From Flaccisagitta enflata (Eukaryota), in assembly GCA_965153355.1 (NCBI GenBank), contig OZ231126.1, positions 22,568,001 to 22,632,000 on the forward strand: 64,000 nt of DNA, in the 5' to 3' direction. The notes under the pieces were generated by a model. It was not told the origin of the DNA and searched no databases. It saw only the letters and a list, made by a program, of their open reading frames with translations. A program made the position numbers and the translations under genes. Shown here in pieces: positions 24,461 to 41,314 of the stretch (positions are counted from its first letter, which is position 1; every line of letters begins with the position of its first letter).

Positions 24461-24689
24461 CCCCTGCCCCCACATTTGCTGAGTCACTGTTGTGGCTTTG
24501 GTTCCATCGGCGCTTGTTTTTCCCCTTCACTCATTTTTCATTCGTTCCTTGAAAGAAATCTTGTTTCTGTTTCTCATCATTTTTTTCCATTTTTTGAATA
24601 ATGACTTTGTTTATTATCAGAAAATGGAAAGGCCACTTGAGAATTGGAATGGCGCTCTGACTGCGTTTTAAATCGTTTCCCTCTTTTTC

Positions 24690-24734
24690 TCTCATTTCTG
24701 TTCTTTCTTTCTTTCTTTCTCTCTTTCTTTTTTT

Positions 24735-24798
<64 letters not shown>

Positions 24799-24851
24799 TT
24801 TTGGTTCCTTTCTTATTTTCTTTCTTTTTCTTTCTTTTTTCTTTCTTCAGT

Positions 24852-24919
<68 letters not shown>

Positions 24920-24923
24920 TCCT

Positions 24924-25011
<88 letters not shown>

Positions 25012-25028
25012 TCCTCCTTTCTTTCCTG

Positions 25029-25095
<67 letters not shown>

Positions 25096-25100
25096 TTCTT
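24690..25100 (+). repeat. (TTTC)n microsatellite
   Basis: Directly visible. Similar tracts at 29535-29676 (AAAG) and 34255-34600. Confidence 0.95.
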
Positions 25101-25858
25101 CCTTTTTTCTCACTTTCTTTCTTTTTAGGCGCGCCCAAGCACCTCTATAGGTATAACCGGCTGTGTCCGTCGGCTGGTCGGTTGGTTGGTTGGTCGGTAA
25201 CGCAAACGTTTGACGACCTGCATGGCGCGTCTACTTGGTCTCGTTTTCCAACTTGTCCGTCTAACAACATAATGTAAATAGGCTCATCATTGTCAGTTGT
25301 TTTTTCACCACTGAATTCAACAGAGCGAATGCATCATTTGACGAACCACTAAGTTTTTGACCTGAATCATTTTTCCAATGAGAAATCTTTGTTAAGTGGG
25401 AAGTAGAATAGGGAATTTGCTTGCAGCAGAGCGTCAGAAAAATTCAATTTGAAGCCCAACCAACCACCCACCCGTCCGCTACGATAGTGTGACCCCGCGC
25501 CACTTTTTGATATTTTTTTCCGTTGTTCTTTTTTCCTTGCCCATTTTTTTTTTCAATGCTAGATTTCAAGAACGACTTATAGTTGTTTCCTATTATCAAG
25601 GCCGTTGCGTTTCGTCGAAGATATCCGCAGGTCTTAGAGATATCAAGCGATAGTTTGAATGCAAGAATACAAACCATGCATAGAATTTTATCTTTTGTTT
25701 TGTTTTTTCGAACTTTCACTTTCGATAATCTTCATCATTTTATCGATCGTCGTTCAATAGCGTTAGTAGTAGTCGTAGAATCGCCTATCTGCACCGTCTC
25801 TACCCTCAAATAAAACAACATCACAGGACGTAAACGACGATACCAAGAGGGAGATCCA

Positions 25859-25975
<117 letters not shown>

Positions 25976-26150
25976 GACAGATACAGAGAGAGAGATCCAC
26001 GCCACTGTAAATCGCGACATAAAAAAGTCTTATGTCCCTCTTATTCCTTGCCGAAGCACTCTCCTTTGAGAGCAAAGAGCCAAATAAAAAAGAAAGAGAG
26101 AGGGAAAGAGAGGAAAGGAGCAGAGAGGATTTTCCAGTCTCAAGGCGAAG

Positions 26151-26240
<90 letters not shown>

Positions 26241-26260
26241 GACAGACAGGCAGGCGGACT

Positions 26261-26331
<71 letters not shown>

Positions 26332-28598
26332 CGACAGACAGACAGACAGACAGAAAGACCGACAGACAGGCAGAAACAGACATACAGATAGAGATTGAGA
26401 CATTGAGTCTTCTCCGGCTCTGCTTCTTTCTCACTTTGTCTCTGTCTCACTCGCCTCTCGGCCTCCGTTGGTGCTTGAGGCTGGATAAAAGGGCAGGATG
26501 GAACCGAACCCATAATTCTCGTCGGCCACCGACAGCGCCGGTCTCTACTCCTGCTGCAGCAACGAACAGCAGCAACATTACAACAGCATTGCAGCAGCAG
26601 TGCAGAAGCGGAGTGCAGCGGTGAAAATGGAGAGAAATGGGTGGTGGTCTTTTGAGGAAGGGACAGAGATAGGAGCTAGGACGGATCGTGATCCCTACTT
26701 TGCGAAAGATTGGAATACGACGTGGAAAGGAATAAGATGAGGGACAGAAGACAATGTGAGTAGGGTGAGACAAGAGAAGGAGGAGAAGAAGAAATGGAGA
26801 AGAAGAATTAGAGAAGTAGAAGAGAAGAAAAAGTGAAGAAGAAGAAGAAGAAGAAGAAGAAGAAGAAGAAGAAGAAGAAGAAGAAGAAGAAGAAGAAGAT
26901 GAAGAAGAAGAAGAAGAAGAAGAAGAAGAAGACGAAAACAAAATAGATTTCAACCTCAACATTCTTCAGGTTGAAAATTTGGCCAAAAAAAAGATGGCTT
27001 GGGTTGTAACTGTGAACTGAGGATGAGAAACCAGGGCAACGTGAGCTAAAACATGTAAACAATTACTTTTGCATTGCAGGGGTGTACATTATTGAGTCGC
27101 TTTTGATTCCCCCCCCCCCCCCTTCTGCCTTTTGATTTTCTCCCCCGCGACGCATCGCATCGCGTTTTTATATCTATCGTTTTCTTCCCCATATGGCAAT
27201 AAAACAATGCAAGGGTTTGAATAGTGTTAAATTTTGTTTTACTAAATGTGTTTTATGATTTGGCGCTCTCAGAAGTTATATTTTCGCCAAATTTCCTTTT
27301 TTTTTCTCTTTTTTTCCCCCTTTGATTTCCTTCCCCATCTCCAGACGCTTTGATTTCTGGGAACTCAATATTAAACAGGCCTGTACAATTTTATCTCCAC
27401 TAGCGGATGATTGCAAGTCAATCGTTAGACATCGAAATAACCAAGAAGAAACTTGGCCCCCAATCAAACGCATTTTTGTGATGTTTACTCTGAGAAGATT
27501 TCTAATATTGACGTCTTGAAAAGTAGGTGTGAATCCATTAATAAGAAAACAAGTAACTGAATGTAACAACTACATGATAGCCAACTCATTCAGCCGGCTT
27601 GCAAAGGCTTCATATCCTTTGGAATCACGCCGACAACATAATGATTGCACAGACGATGACGACAGTGACGACACTGATGACGACGTAAAGACGACGACGA
27701 CGACGATGACGACGATGTTCACGAAAATAATCAAGCGTGAGATGGAGTCGCCATTAACCATGTCGAGCATCCATGACACGCGGGTCAATATGGGCAACTA
27801 TGGGCAATGGGTGGCTCTGCGTGGCTTTGTGAATGAGGAATGATGGATATTCTCAATGTGGATTGATGGCATCGGCGAATGATCAAACGACCACAAAGAA
27901 AATGCCTGTCGTGCTTTGCAATTAAAACGAAGGAATCTGCCAAGGTCCTTACGCAGGAAAATTTTGGATGTTGCATGGAGTTGTTCTGCGTAAGAAATGA
28001 AATGTCAATAGAAACACATAAATTTCGAATTCATTTCATTTCTTACGCAGAACAACACCATGCAACATCCAGAATTTTCCAGATACTAACGGCGAAATTG
28101 CGAGAAAAAAAGTAGCTGGGAGAGTGGATGAATGCAGCTTAACTGACCTTTATGGATGAAATCATTCATGCTGTCCTGCTAATGTCTAGAAAAATGTTTG
28201 CTCGAATTTCGTCGTAAGTACGAACATGCTAATTTTTAAACCCCTGTGGCCTGTTAGCTTCTCAATCTTTGAAAGGAGAGGAAAAGTAACGAAGAAAGTG
28301 CCGACTTGCAATGGGAATTTTCCGAGTTAATGACGTAATGTTCAAAAACCAGTACATTTTCTTTCTTTTTCTTCCTTGTGACTTGTCTCTATCGGGAAAA
28401 AAGTCTTTACAGTCACAGTTTCTTTGTCTCAACTTAATCATTTCCGGCCATAGCAGAGCTGCACAAAAAGAAGCCACCATAGAAGCGGAAAAAAACAATT
28501 GTCCAATGGTAACAAATGATATTTTGAGCTGTTTGGAAATCCATTGGCAAGAAGCCCAATTGTCTTCCGCTTCATCAGTTGCCAAAAAAATGAGGGAA

Positions 28599-28676
<78 letters not shown>

Positions 28677-29337
28677 GTATATACAGCAAAACTAACTGAT
28701 AAGACGAATGGGCAGACAGACAAACAGAGTTGGGAGATTTTCATTTCTGCATATGTATGAGAGCCGAACAAAGCATCTGCCTTCGACAACGTCTTTTCTA
28801 AAGATTTAGGAACAATCGCACGGAGATTGTTAAAGAATTTCCCAATAACTTTATGCAGACTTCCTTTAGAATCCATGATTTTGAAATTGTCACTTTTACT
28901 CTTTACTTACTCTTTTTCATTCGCCTTTTTTTCTCCCCTCCCAATCACATCATTTTCTGTCCCCTACCTCACCCTTTCTCATTTCATCATATCCCATCCC
29001 TTCACCCTCCATTCTATCTTTCCCATCACCTTTCATTTCATCCCATCCCATTTTATCCCTTGCTATTCCATCCTGGCCTGTCTCATCTCATCCCTCCATG
29101 AAAACGATAAAAAACCTTCGATTCAATTTCAAAGTCTTCTCTAAAGAAAAAGGAAAGACATTAAAAGAGACATTTGGAAAGTGTCACCATCTGCCGAGAG
29201 GAGGAAGAGAGAGAGAGACAGACAGACATACAGACATAAAGCAAGCCGAAAAGACTGAGACTGAGAGACAGATACGAAGGGACAAAAAGGCAAAAAGACA
29301 AGGTGACCGACAAAGGAAGAAAGGAAAAACACAACAA

Positions 29338-29527
29338 AACAAGGCCGGATACACGGCTACCGAAGTCGCGTGCGGGTGGGCAGGGGCCATATTTGAGGTC
29401 ACTAAACCATTTGGGCAGGAGCAGTGAGGTCAAAGGAATAAAATCATAAAAAAAGTAAAACGTGACCGACCGACCGACCAACCGACGGACAGAGCGGGAT
29501 GTATAGTCGCGAGCATGCTACCAAAAA
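29338..29527 (-). mobile_element. HINE-like copy
   Basis: Same termini and core as 22531-22760. Confidence 0.75.
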
Positions 29528-29536
29528 CAAGAATGA

Positions 29537-29620
<84 letters not shown>

Positions 29621-29624
29621 AAAA

Positions 29625-29676
<52 letters not shown>

Positions 29677-29931
29677 ACGGAAGAAAAAGGAATTAGAAGA
29701 CAGAAGAAAAAAGAAAAAGAAGAAGAAAAAAAAGAAAAGAAAGTGAGAAAGACAAGAAAAAATAGTGGGAAGGAAGTGAGAGAGAAGACAGAGAGTAAAG
29801 GTGAAAGAGAGGAAGAGGAGGAATTGCCACTCAAATGGAGGAAGAGCTAAGTTATGAGGGCTCCTATCGCTCTCCTGAGGCACTCTACGACCCATTTAGA
29901 AGGAGGAGCATGATGATGAGAAAGAAGGAAA

Positions 29932-30099
29932 ACGTGGGCAAGGAAATGGGGGATGAGAACGGGGACTGTGAGACAACTGGATATTTGTAAGTCGTTGTAG
30001 CCAAGTAAAGAAGGAGATCGTGGGCAAGGAAATGGGGGATGAGAACGGGGACTGTGAGACAACTGGATGTTTGTAAGTCGTTGTAGCCAAGTAAAGAAG
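29932..30099 (+). repeat. Tandem duplication of ~85 bp
   Basis: CGTGGGCAAGGAAATGGGGGATGAGAACGGGGACTGTGAGACAACTGGAT...GTAAAGAAG occurs twice. Confidence 0.9.
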
Positions 30100-30289
30100 A
30101 TAAAGTTGAGTCCTCGATAAACTTACAACGGTGCTAAAGTACTCTGCTATCTTACGAAGAAAAATACTTAGAATAGAATTTATTTTCCGTAATTTGCATG
30201 GTGCAGTCATAATCTACCTAGATATGGATGATGAACTCACTGACGTTATCTGACCACCGGAAAATGAGCAGCGCACACGCATATCTTAA

Positions 30290-31607
<1,318 letters not shown>

Positions 31608-31978
31608 TCTCTTCGTAAATAGACGATAGCACGATGAAAGCGAGGCGACAAACTTATTTGAAATCGTTAACGACGAAAGCGTCAACAAAAAAGGAAACTC
31701 GGGAAAACATTCCGATGCCATAAAACCTAGAGCACTGAAAGAAACAATCGGAAATCTTTCCCTTTTAATGGCTACTTTCTCGTTTTTTTTCCCTTTCTCT
31801 TTCCTTTTTTCCCCTTTTTACTCTTGCTCCCCCTTTTTTAAGTCATCTAGGGGATTGTAAAGTTTGTCCCTTTTGTTTCCTTTTCCATCAGTCCCCATGA
31901 GTGACTCATGAACAGTTACATCATCATCATTAGTATAACGAACGTCAACGTGTTAACATCATCATCTTCATCATCATC

Positions 31979-32055
<77 letters not shown>

Positions 32056-32087
32056 TAACGTTATCATCGTTATCGTCATCGTCATCG

Positions 32088-32142
<55 letters not shown>

Positions 32143-32153
32143 GATTACTATTG

Positions 32154-32226
<73 letters not shown>

Positions 32227-33267
32227 TGTCATCACCTCATTACCGTCATCATTATCTTCATCATCATCGTCATCATCACCGTCATTCTGTTAGCAGAAAT
32301 GACGATGGTCATCATGAGGCTACGACGCGACGGCTTCTCAAATACAAAAATATTTTAACATGTTTCAAACAATTCTCTTGAGCTGTTGTTATGAAACTTA
32401 TCAGGGAGAAAGTGTTATCGACTTCTGTCCCAAAACAGAACGGAAGTGAAGAAAAAAAGCGGTGCAGTTGAGAATGGTGAAAAAAACAAATATGAGTAAG
32501 GGAGAGTGAATTCGTAGAGCACATTACAGTCGTAAACAAAAGTATACATGTCACTAATTGGAGGTCATCAATGCTCAATAGTGTCAATAAATGTTAATTC
32601 CTCTCCATTAACTACGTAAATGAAACATGAAATTTACAAGTTCTCCCCCTTATTGCGATTTTCATCGTCATCGTCATCGTCATCGTCATCCTATTGCTTT
32701 CTCGGCGTATTTGCCTGACATTTCCCGGCGGGTTTCCGGCGATAAAGATGCGTTGTTCGACTGCTTTATGCTGTTTACGACGTCATCTTCATCGTCTTCG
32801 TCGTCGTTTTCCCCGTCATCGTCGTCGTAATCGTCATCAACGACGTTATCATCGTCCTCATCGTCGTCATCATTGCTTTATGCTGTTTACGACGTCATCC
32901 AGATGCAAAATGTCCCCCGTTTGTCCCCTTCAATTCCACCGCCTTTCGTTTCCCTTCCGTCGCTTCTTCTTTGTTATGTTCTTTCTCTCTCTTCCACGTT
33001 TACACATGCATAAAATCTATTAACTTGCACATGCACTGGAATATGTTTTCTTGGAAATACTTCAATCAGCGCGTGACTTTTTTCACGATCGGTCACATCT
33101 GGTAGCCTCGCAAGTTCATATTTCATTCATAGGACCTCATGATACTGAAGGGACCATCCAAACCCAACCAGGCACAATCCACAGTTTTTTCCACACCCGA
33201 CCCTCGGTCCTCCACCCAAATCCTTCCAGCTAGATACATATCTTTACAGTTGTGTAGATCCTCGAAT

Positions 33268-33467
33268 AACAAGGCCGGATACACGGCTACCAAAGTCTCG
33301 TGCGGGTGGGCAGGGGCAGTGGTAACATAGACCAACCAAGCAGATGGGCGGGAGCAGTAACGCTGAAACCGCATGTAAACGTTGAAAAAGAAAAGTGTGA
33401 CAGCCCGACAGACGGACCGACGGACCGACAAGACGGGATGTAGAGTCGCGTAGCACGCGACTAAAAA
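33268..33467 (-). mobile_element. HINE-like copy
   Basis: AACAAGGCCGGATACACGGC...AGTCGCGTAGCACGCGACTAAAAA. Confidence 0.8.
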
Positions 33468-34254
33468 TAGCCTATTTCGTAAACACGCGTCGATTTTCCC
33501 AATCAAGTGCAATATACAAACAAATTGACTCTCAAAAATTTCTCAAACATAGTTCAAAATACCGCATATTTGCGTTCTTTTTTTTCCTTTCGTCTTTTGA
33601 CAAGTCAATCAAAATTTGGGCATACTTGCTTCTTCATTTTTTCCCCTCCTTTCTCTTGGCTATGTAACTAATACGCGTTGGGGCCATTCATCATAAGAAC
33701 ATCTTTTTCATGTTGCGTTGATTACGTTTGTTGTCAAATCGAGGACACGACTCATTCGTCATGAGTTTTGGGTTTTTGTTGAGCCGGATGAAGGAGAAGG
33801 ACATTCAACAAAGTTCAAAAAATTTAGTTGGTATTTTTCTAATGTTGCTTTTTTCATTTTTTTCACTTTGTCTGCCCCCCCCCCTAAATTTCAATAATTA
33901 TGATTTATTTTCCTGGTTAAATTCCTAAATTCTCCACAATTCTGACAACTTTGAATTGTGAACATAAATCGCGCAGAAGGGGGGTTAAGACCTTAGTTCT
34001 CATGGTCAACTTCTAATCAACCCTTTCACTCCTTCCCTCTGGTGGTCTGAGTGACGAAACTTGAAAAAAAAACGGAAAAAAGAACAATGGCTGATTTAAG
34101 CTTTTGTTTGATGCAAAGAGGATGGGGAAAGTAAACATTAAGCCTGGGAATGATGGGCAGTAAATATGGAAATGGCCGACAAGGGAAAAAAAAGGAACCC
34201 CGGTTTACTTTTTCCTCTCTTTATTTTATCTTCTTCTTTCATTCATTCGATCGA

Positions 34255-34285
<31 letters not shown>

Positions 34286-34289
34286 TTTT

Positions 34290-34349
<60 letters not shown>

Positions 34350-34514
34350 TCCTACTTTCTTTTTCTCTCCTTTTCTTTATTTTTTCCTTTCTTTCTTTCC
34401 TTCTTTCCTACTTTCTTTCTTTCCTACTTTCTTTCTCTCTTCCTTTCTTTCTTTCTCTCTTCCTTTTTTCTTTTCTTTCTTTCCTACTTTCTATCTTTCT
34501 TTCATTCTTTCCTA

Positions 34515-34595
<81 letters not shown>

Positions 34596-35113
34596 TTTCT
34601 TTACCTTGCCCCCTCATCTTTATGACAGAGGTGAAAGGATTTGGGGAAAAGCGGTAAGAAAGAAAAACTGTGCACGATTGCCAATTTAGTTCGTTTTCCC
34701 TCGACGACTTTGTTGCACCATATCATCTTCAAGGCGGCTGATTATGAAAGTGACTAAGTCTTTATAAGTGTGGGTTGGTCTGTTAGCCTATTGGTACACC
34801 GTTTTATTACGGATCCAAGAGTAACAAAAAGCCGCAAATAAAAGATATAATTCTTATATGTACGATTTTGAATCCCTCAAAACCAGATTGAATTTATTGG
34901 TTCTAAGATATCCGTCACTTTGGGGGTCAACTGTAGTTTGGTTTGTCTGTCTGACCATATGACGGAATACAACATTTACATGGTCCTTTACGCCACATCA
35001 CAAATTCCAAATTTGGATCACACATCACTACCCCTGCCCACTCGGACGCAACAACGACCGTCGTATATCTTGCCATGCTTTCCCTTTCCCAGCCTCATAC
35101 TAGACGGTTTTAA

Positions 35114-36130
<1,017 letters not shown>

Positions 36131-36625
36131 TAGGTAACCACAACCATCAAAACATTGACGGCGACTACGACGACCACAGCTAGAAGCGTCACACTCGCGA
36201 CGACGGAACGACATCAAAGGTGGATAGGCTCATCAAAGATTCAGCGGAGGTTATTGCATAATTCAGGCATCTAGTCGCTGCTGCTCGTAATTAGTGACCG
36301 CCTTTAAGAACTCTTTTGATGTGGAATAACCACGAATAACGACGCCGCCGGACATTGCATCAGCACAAGAAGAGCGAAAAGGGATGAGGATAAGGGAAAG
36401 GGCATGTGTAGAGAAGGCATGGAAGCAGTCACGCAGAATGGGGGGGAGGGAACTGGAAGAGATGAAGGGGGGGGGGCGGAAGTTGATAGAAGACATGGAA
36501 ACAGAGAGGAGCAGGAGATTGGAGGGTTTAAGGGGGTAGTTGAGAGAATGACGCGATCTAGGAATGAAATGGACCATAGGCATTGTGAGAGAACCGTGAA
36601 TGAATGTGCTTCACACGATGGACAA

Positions 36626-36973
36626 TACGTCCCGTGAAGCGCCCCAAACTTTGACTATGGCTCTCACCAATCTTACCACAGTTGAGGCTTGGTAAAAAAA
36701 CATTTCATGCAAAATTTTGGGGCTCTGAGATAGCAGGAACCTTCGTCAGGGTGAGGTTGAAGTTTGTATTGAATTAGCATTAGAATCAATATTTCTATCA
36801 TGCAAATTTTGTCTCTGCCATAGGTTTCTATGGAAACTTTATGGTCACCCTGACAAAGGTTCCTGCTGTTCTAGAGGCCTGAAATTTTGCATGAGATGTT
36901 CTTTTACCAAGCCTCAACCATGGTAAAATTGGTGAGAGTCAGCGTCGAAGTTTGGGGCGGTTCATGGGACGTA
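36626..36973. mobile_element. Palindromic MITE with TA ends inside the homeobox intron
   Basis: Imperfect ~125-bp inverted arms, TACGTCCCGTGAAGCGCCCCAAACTT...CAGGGTGA and TCACCCTG...AAGTTTGGGGCGGTTCATGGGACGTA. Confidence 0.8.
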
Positions 36974-38285
36974 ATGGACAAGTTATCAGGAATTAAGAGA
37001 ATGCGAGAAAAACAAGAGACAAGAGAAAATAAACCCTGGCTATTTCTTTTCACTTTATTCCATAATTAATGGTTGATTGATTTTTAGGGGATCTTTTTAG
37101 AAAAAAAATCAGTGTGACCAATCCACATCATGATATCCTAGATCCACGATTCTGCCTCTTTCCCTAGCACTGTCTTCAGCTCACTCGTGTGCGTCCCCGT
37201 TATGCTCAAGAAAATCCTGCTAATAGCAATAGAAGAAGATAGTCATGAAGGGAGAAAAAGGTTTTTGGTCGAAGAGAAAATGGTTTTTGGCCGAAGAGAA
37301 AATGGATTTGGCCGTAGTCTGAACGATGGCAACTATTGCAATCAATCATAAGCCAACGCCCCCATCGCCTCATTTCTTCTTTATTCCTCCGCCGCGTGTT
37401 TGTGGCGTCTCCGCACTGAGATGCAGAGCTGATGTAAGAGAGTGCTCTTTATTGATTGGATATTTACAAGTCTGCATTTTCAAGGCAAAAAAAATGTCAT
37501 GAACACAGCCATTACTATGAAAAAAATCATTCTCAAATCTTTTGATACGGCCATTTTAAAGGCCGGGACATACATAAGGCAGAAGAGCCAATTTTTTTAT
37601 TCAACATCAACTAGTTCGACAAATGTTAACCTCACAAGGATTTTCTAATTTGATCCAAAAAGATGCAATTACACTTATCATGTCCACTGATGCTGTTACA
37701 CTTTTTACTTGTGTCGTAATATTTCAAAGATTAATTCTCATTTAAATTTTTTATCCCCTGAATAAAGTCAATGCATTTGAAACACAGTAATCATCCCAGG
37801 AATCAGGTCTTTCAATCGAAATGGATGATTCTTTAAGAATAATTAAAAAAAACCCAACAACAACAACAACAAAAAAAACAAACCAAAAAAAAACAAAAAA
37901 ACAGAGACCAAGGAGATATACTCTTTGCCGTTTTTCCAATGCTTGTTTATAGAAATTTCTTCAAATTGAAAATGTCCAGTCATTGATCAAAGTTCCAATT
38001 TGTCTCACTGTGCCATTCGAGGCCATATGCCTCCAAGCCCTCCAACCTCCACGTATGCCAAATGTTGCGTATATACACATACCGCGTAGCATCTAGGACA
38101 TCTCTGGCGGTCTCTAAGGTCGAAAGGTTAGTGGGGAGGAAAGACCATTAGATAAAAGATGGTTCTAAGATGCAAGGGTCAGCCGGGTTCTGGCTGAATG
38201 GACAAAATTGGGTCGCAAATGACGAGGAGGACAAAGAAAATGGCAAAGAGATGGCGGCTCGATGGCGCACTAGAGGAAGGCAAGG

Positions 38286-38342
<57 letters not shown>

Positions 38343-38363
38343 ACACACACACACGCACGGACA

Positions 38364-38463
<100 letters not shown>

Positions 38464-39424
38464 ATTAGCCTCCGACAATAAAAAAAAGAAATCCCTTGAA
38501 TGAAAGGCGATATGATAATATAACATAAATTGAGACATTCAAGGCTAAACATTCGACATGGAGCCCTAATCTTGGTCATGGTTGATACCCACTTACTGGC
38601 GAACCTGAAAAACCTAACATTCAAAAATGACCTCTCAAATGTCGATATAAAACGATCAATTTGACCTTTTAGCAACATCCCCCCCACAATATTTCCTTCT
38701 TTATTTCCGTCTGGTTTTCATTTGCAATTTCTCTTTTATTTTTTTCCTTGAACGTGTAACTTGCAAGTCTCCATAAAATAACCATGAGCATGGCCTTTCA
38801 CGTCGACCTCAACGTTAGCCTCGACGTGTCGGCCGCGATCTCGCTTTTCATATACATTCGCCTTCCTGACCATGACCGTGCATTTTTATAACGCCCATTC
38901 ATTTTCCTACACATTCACCTTTTCCTTTTTTATTGACTTTTTACGGTTCTTCTTCTTTTTATTTTTTTTTTTTTTTTTTTTTTTTTATTTCTCATTTTCT
39001 TTTACTTTCTCTTTACTTTTTCAGTTTTTTCATTTTCTTTTGCTTTTACCCTCTCCTCTCTTTCTTTTTCTTTTTTCTTTTTCTTTTTCTCTTGCTTTTT
39101 CTTTTCTTTTTCTTCTTCTTCTTCTTCTTCTTCTTCTTCTTCTTCTTCTTCTTCTTCTTCTTCTTCTTCTTCTTCTTCTTCTTCTACTTCTTCTTCTTCT
39201 TCTCTTTCTTCTGCTCCTGCTCCTGCTTCTTTTTCTTTTTCCTTTTCTTTTTCTTTTTCTTTTTCTTTTTCTTTTTCTTTTTCTTTTTCTTTTTCTTTTT
39301 CTTTTTCTTTTTCTTCTTCTTCTTCCTCTTCTTCTTCTTCTTCCTCTTCTTCTTCTTTTCCTTTTCGTTCTTCTTCAACTTTGTCTTCTCCTTCCTTAAC
39401 TACTTCCCTTTTTCAACCCCTTCT

Positions 39425-39645
39425 TTTTAGTTGTGGACACGCAACATTATCAGAGGCCTTGTCCGTCCATTGGTCAGTTGGTCCGTCCGTTGGTCTCTGG
39501 TGATTGAGTCAAAAAATGTAAAAACGCGCACAATCATGATTGACTATGTATGTGAGCAAGCATTAGATGGGGGAGGGTATGGATGGGGGTTATATGCCTT
39601 TGCCCACCCGTCCGCAACGATATTGTGACCCCGCGTCACTTGTTT
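39425..39645 (+). mobile_element. HINE-like copy, second subfamily, inside the homeobox intron
   Basis: TTTTAGTTGTGGACACGCAAC head and GCCCACCCGTCCGCAACGATATTGTGACCCCGCGTCACTTGTT tail, shared with 42532-42801. Confidence 0.7.
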
Positions 39646-39826
39646 GCTTATGGCCCTGTCTTTCTTTCTCATTCTTTACGCCTGTGTCTCATTTTTTCCC
39701 ATTTCCCCTCCCTCCCTCTTCCTCAACTCTCCCATCTCCCCTCTCTCTTCCTCAACTCTCCCATCTCCCCTCCCTCTTTCTCAACTCTCCCATCTCCCTC
39801 TCATCTCAACCTTCCCACCCTCTCAG

Positions 39827-40168
39827 TTTGGTTCCAGAATAGAAGAATGAAAGAGAAAAAAGAAAAACAAAAGATCTCAGAACTGAACGCTGAAGCCCGC
39901 GCCAAACACAGCAAAGTCAAGACTTCCTCGTCGCCATCTCACGACGAAAACGAGAATCACGACGACGATGACGACGACGACAAAGACTCTTTCGACGACG
40001 CCACGGACGCCCTTTTGGACAGCAACAAAGCAGACCCCAAAAGCAACAACAACAACAACGGCGCTATCGCCCGAGGTCTACCATTACCCGCCTCCAAAAA
40101 CCCACCCACTTCTTTACTCGAACACCAGCTACAACAACAGCAACAACATCAACAACAGCAGCAGCAGC

Positions 40169-40199
<31 letters not shown>

Positions 40200-40416
40200 T
40201 GCCAAGTCAGAGAACTTAGTCAATGAGAATCTCGTCGATCACAAACTGGCGTCATCGGCGTCTCTAATTGGCGGAGGGAATGACGCCGGGATGTCGTCAT
40301 CAGCCAATGAGATGTCGTTGCCGGGCGGCGTCCTCAACAACGGCGTCAATGCCTTGAACCTTCACGAGGTCAATCTCAAATCGGCTTCCGATGCGGCAGT
40401 CGCTTTTACCCAATAG
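39827..40416 (+). CDS. Hox terminal coding exon: end of homeodomain, Ubd-A-like peptide and long C-terminal tail
   Basis: Acceptor ...tctcAG ends at 39826. G+TT TGG TTC CAG AAT restores VWFQNRRMKEKKEKQKISELN. Acidic, poly-N and poly-Q tracts follow, up to TAG at 40416. Confidence 0.95.
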
Positions 40417-41314
40417 TTAAAACAATGAAACAGATTGTAGAATCCTAATCACCATCTGATAGTCAACTTGATTTACACTTTTAGTTTCCTTGTAGTACGC
40501 AAGGTTTGTTATTCTTCTTTTTTTTTCTTTTTGTGTATTTTTTGTGTTTCTTTTTCGAAAAAGTATGATTTAGAGGGGAAATGAGACGCGCTAAAACTTT
40601 TTCTAGCTAATTGTTGTATGTTCTCTTTAAGTTTGCTTGTGTTTGTTTTCCCATGAACTCTGTCCTTTGTCGATGCAACGGCGATCGCTGCAGTCACATG
40701 TTCGTTTTTTAACTACTTTAGTTTCTTTTTCCCCCTTTTTTTATGTATTCTTTTTAGATAGTTTTCTCTTCGATTTGTCTTTTGTCGATATCAAGGCGAC
40801 CGCCGCTTACGCCTCCGGTGATTACTCGAGGAAACAAAAGAAAGAACAAATTATCCTCATTTTATATGGGAAATTTAGAACGTTTTCCTCATTTCGTTGT
40901 AGTTTTGATATCTAACATTCATATTGATGAATTAGATGAATTTCGTCTGTAAACAACTTGAATCACGATGAAAACGATGGTTTTTAGCCACCAACTTTTG
41001 ACGTGGATGTTAAGATTAGATTTTCATCACTTATTCAAATTATTTTTCAACGTTAACATGCTTTACCCCCGAAAAAAGAAACACGTAAGGCGTTAAAAAA
41101 AAACCATAAAAACACGCCATATTGTCTTTTTTCAACCAAGCAGAGGTATTATCTTATCACCCATTTTATTCACTTTATGAGAGTGATTGGATTTTTTCTC
41201 TTATGTGCAATATCAACCCCCAAATGTTATGATCAAACAGTCATAAACATATTGAACTATCTCTCGAGTGCCACATCTTACAAACCGAGGTTATAAAACG
41301 TTTAAAAACGAGGA

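Noticed and set aside
26403-26624. Ala/Gln-rich ORF as the missing first Hox exon
   Set aside because: No hexapeptide, no suitable donor, and an in-frame stop.
37060-37085. TAATTAATGG / TGATTGAT Hox-Pbx-like sites in the homeobox intron
   Set aside because: Short AT-rich motifs are expected by chance; unsupported without conservation data.
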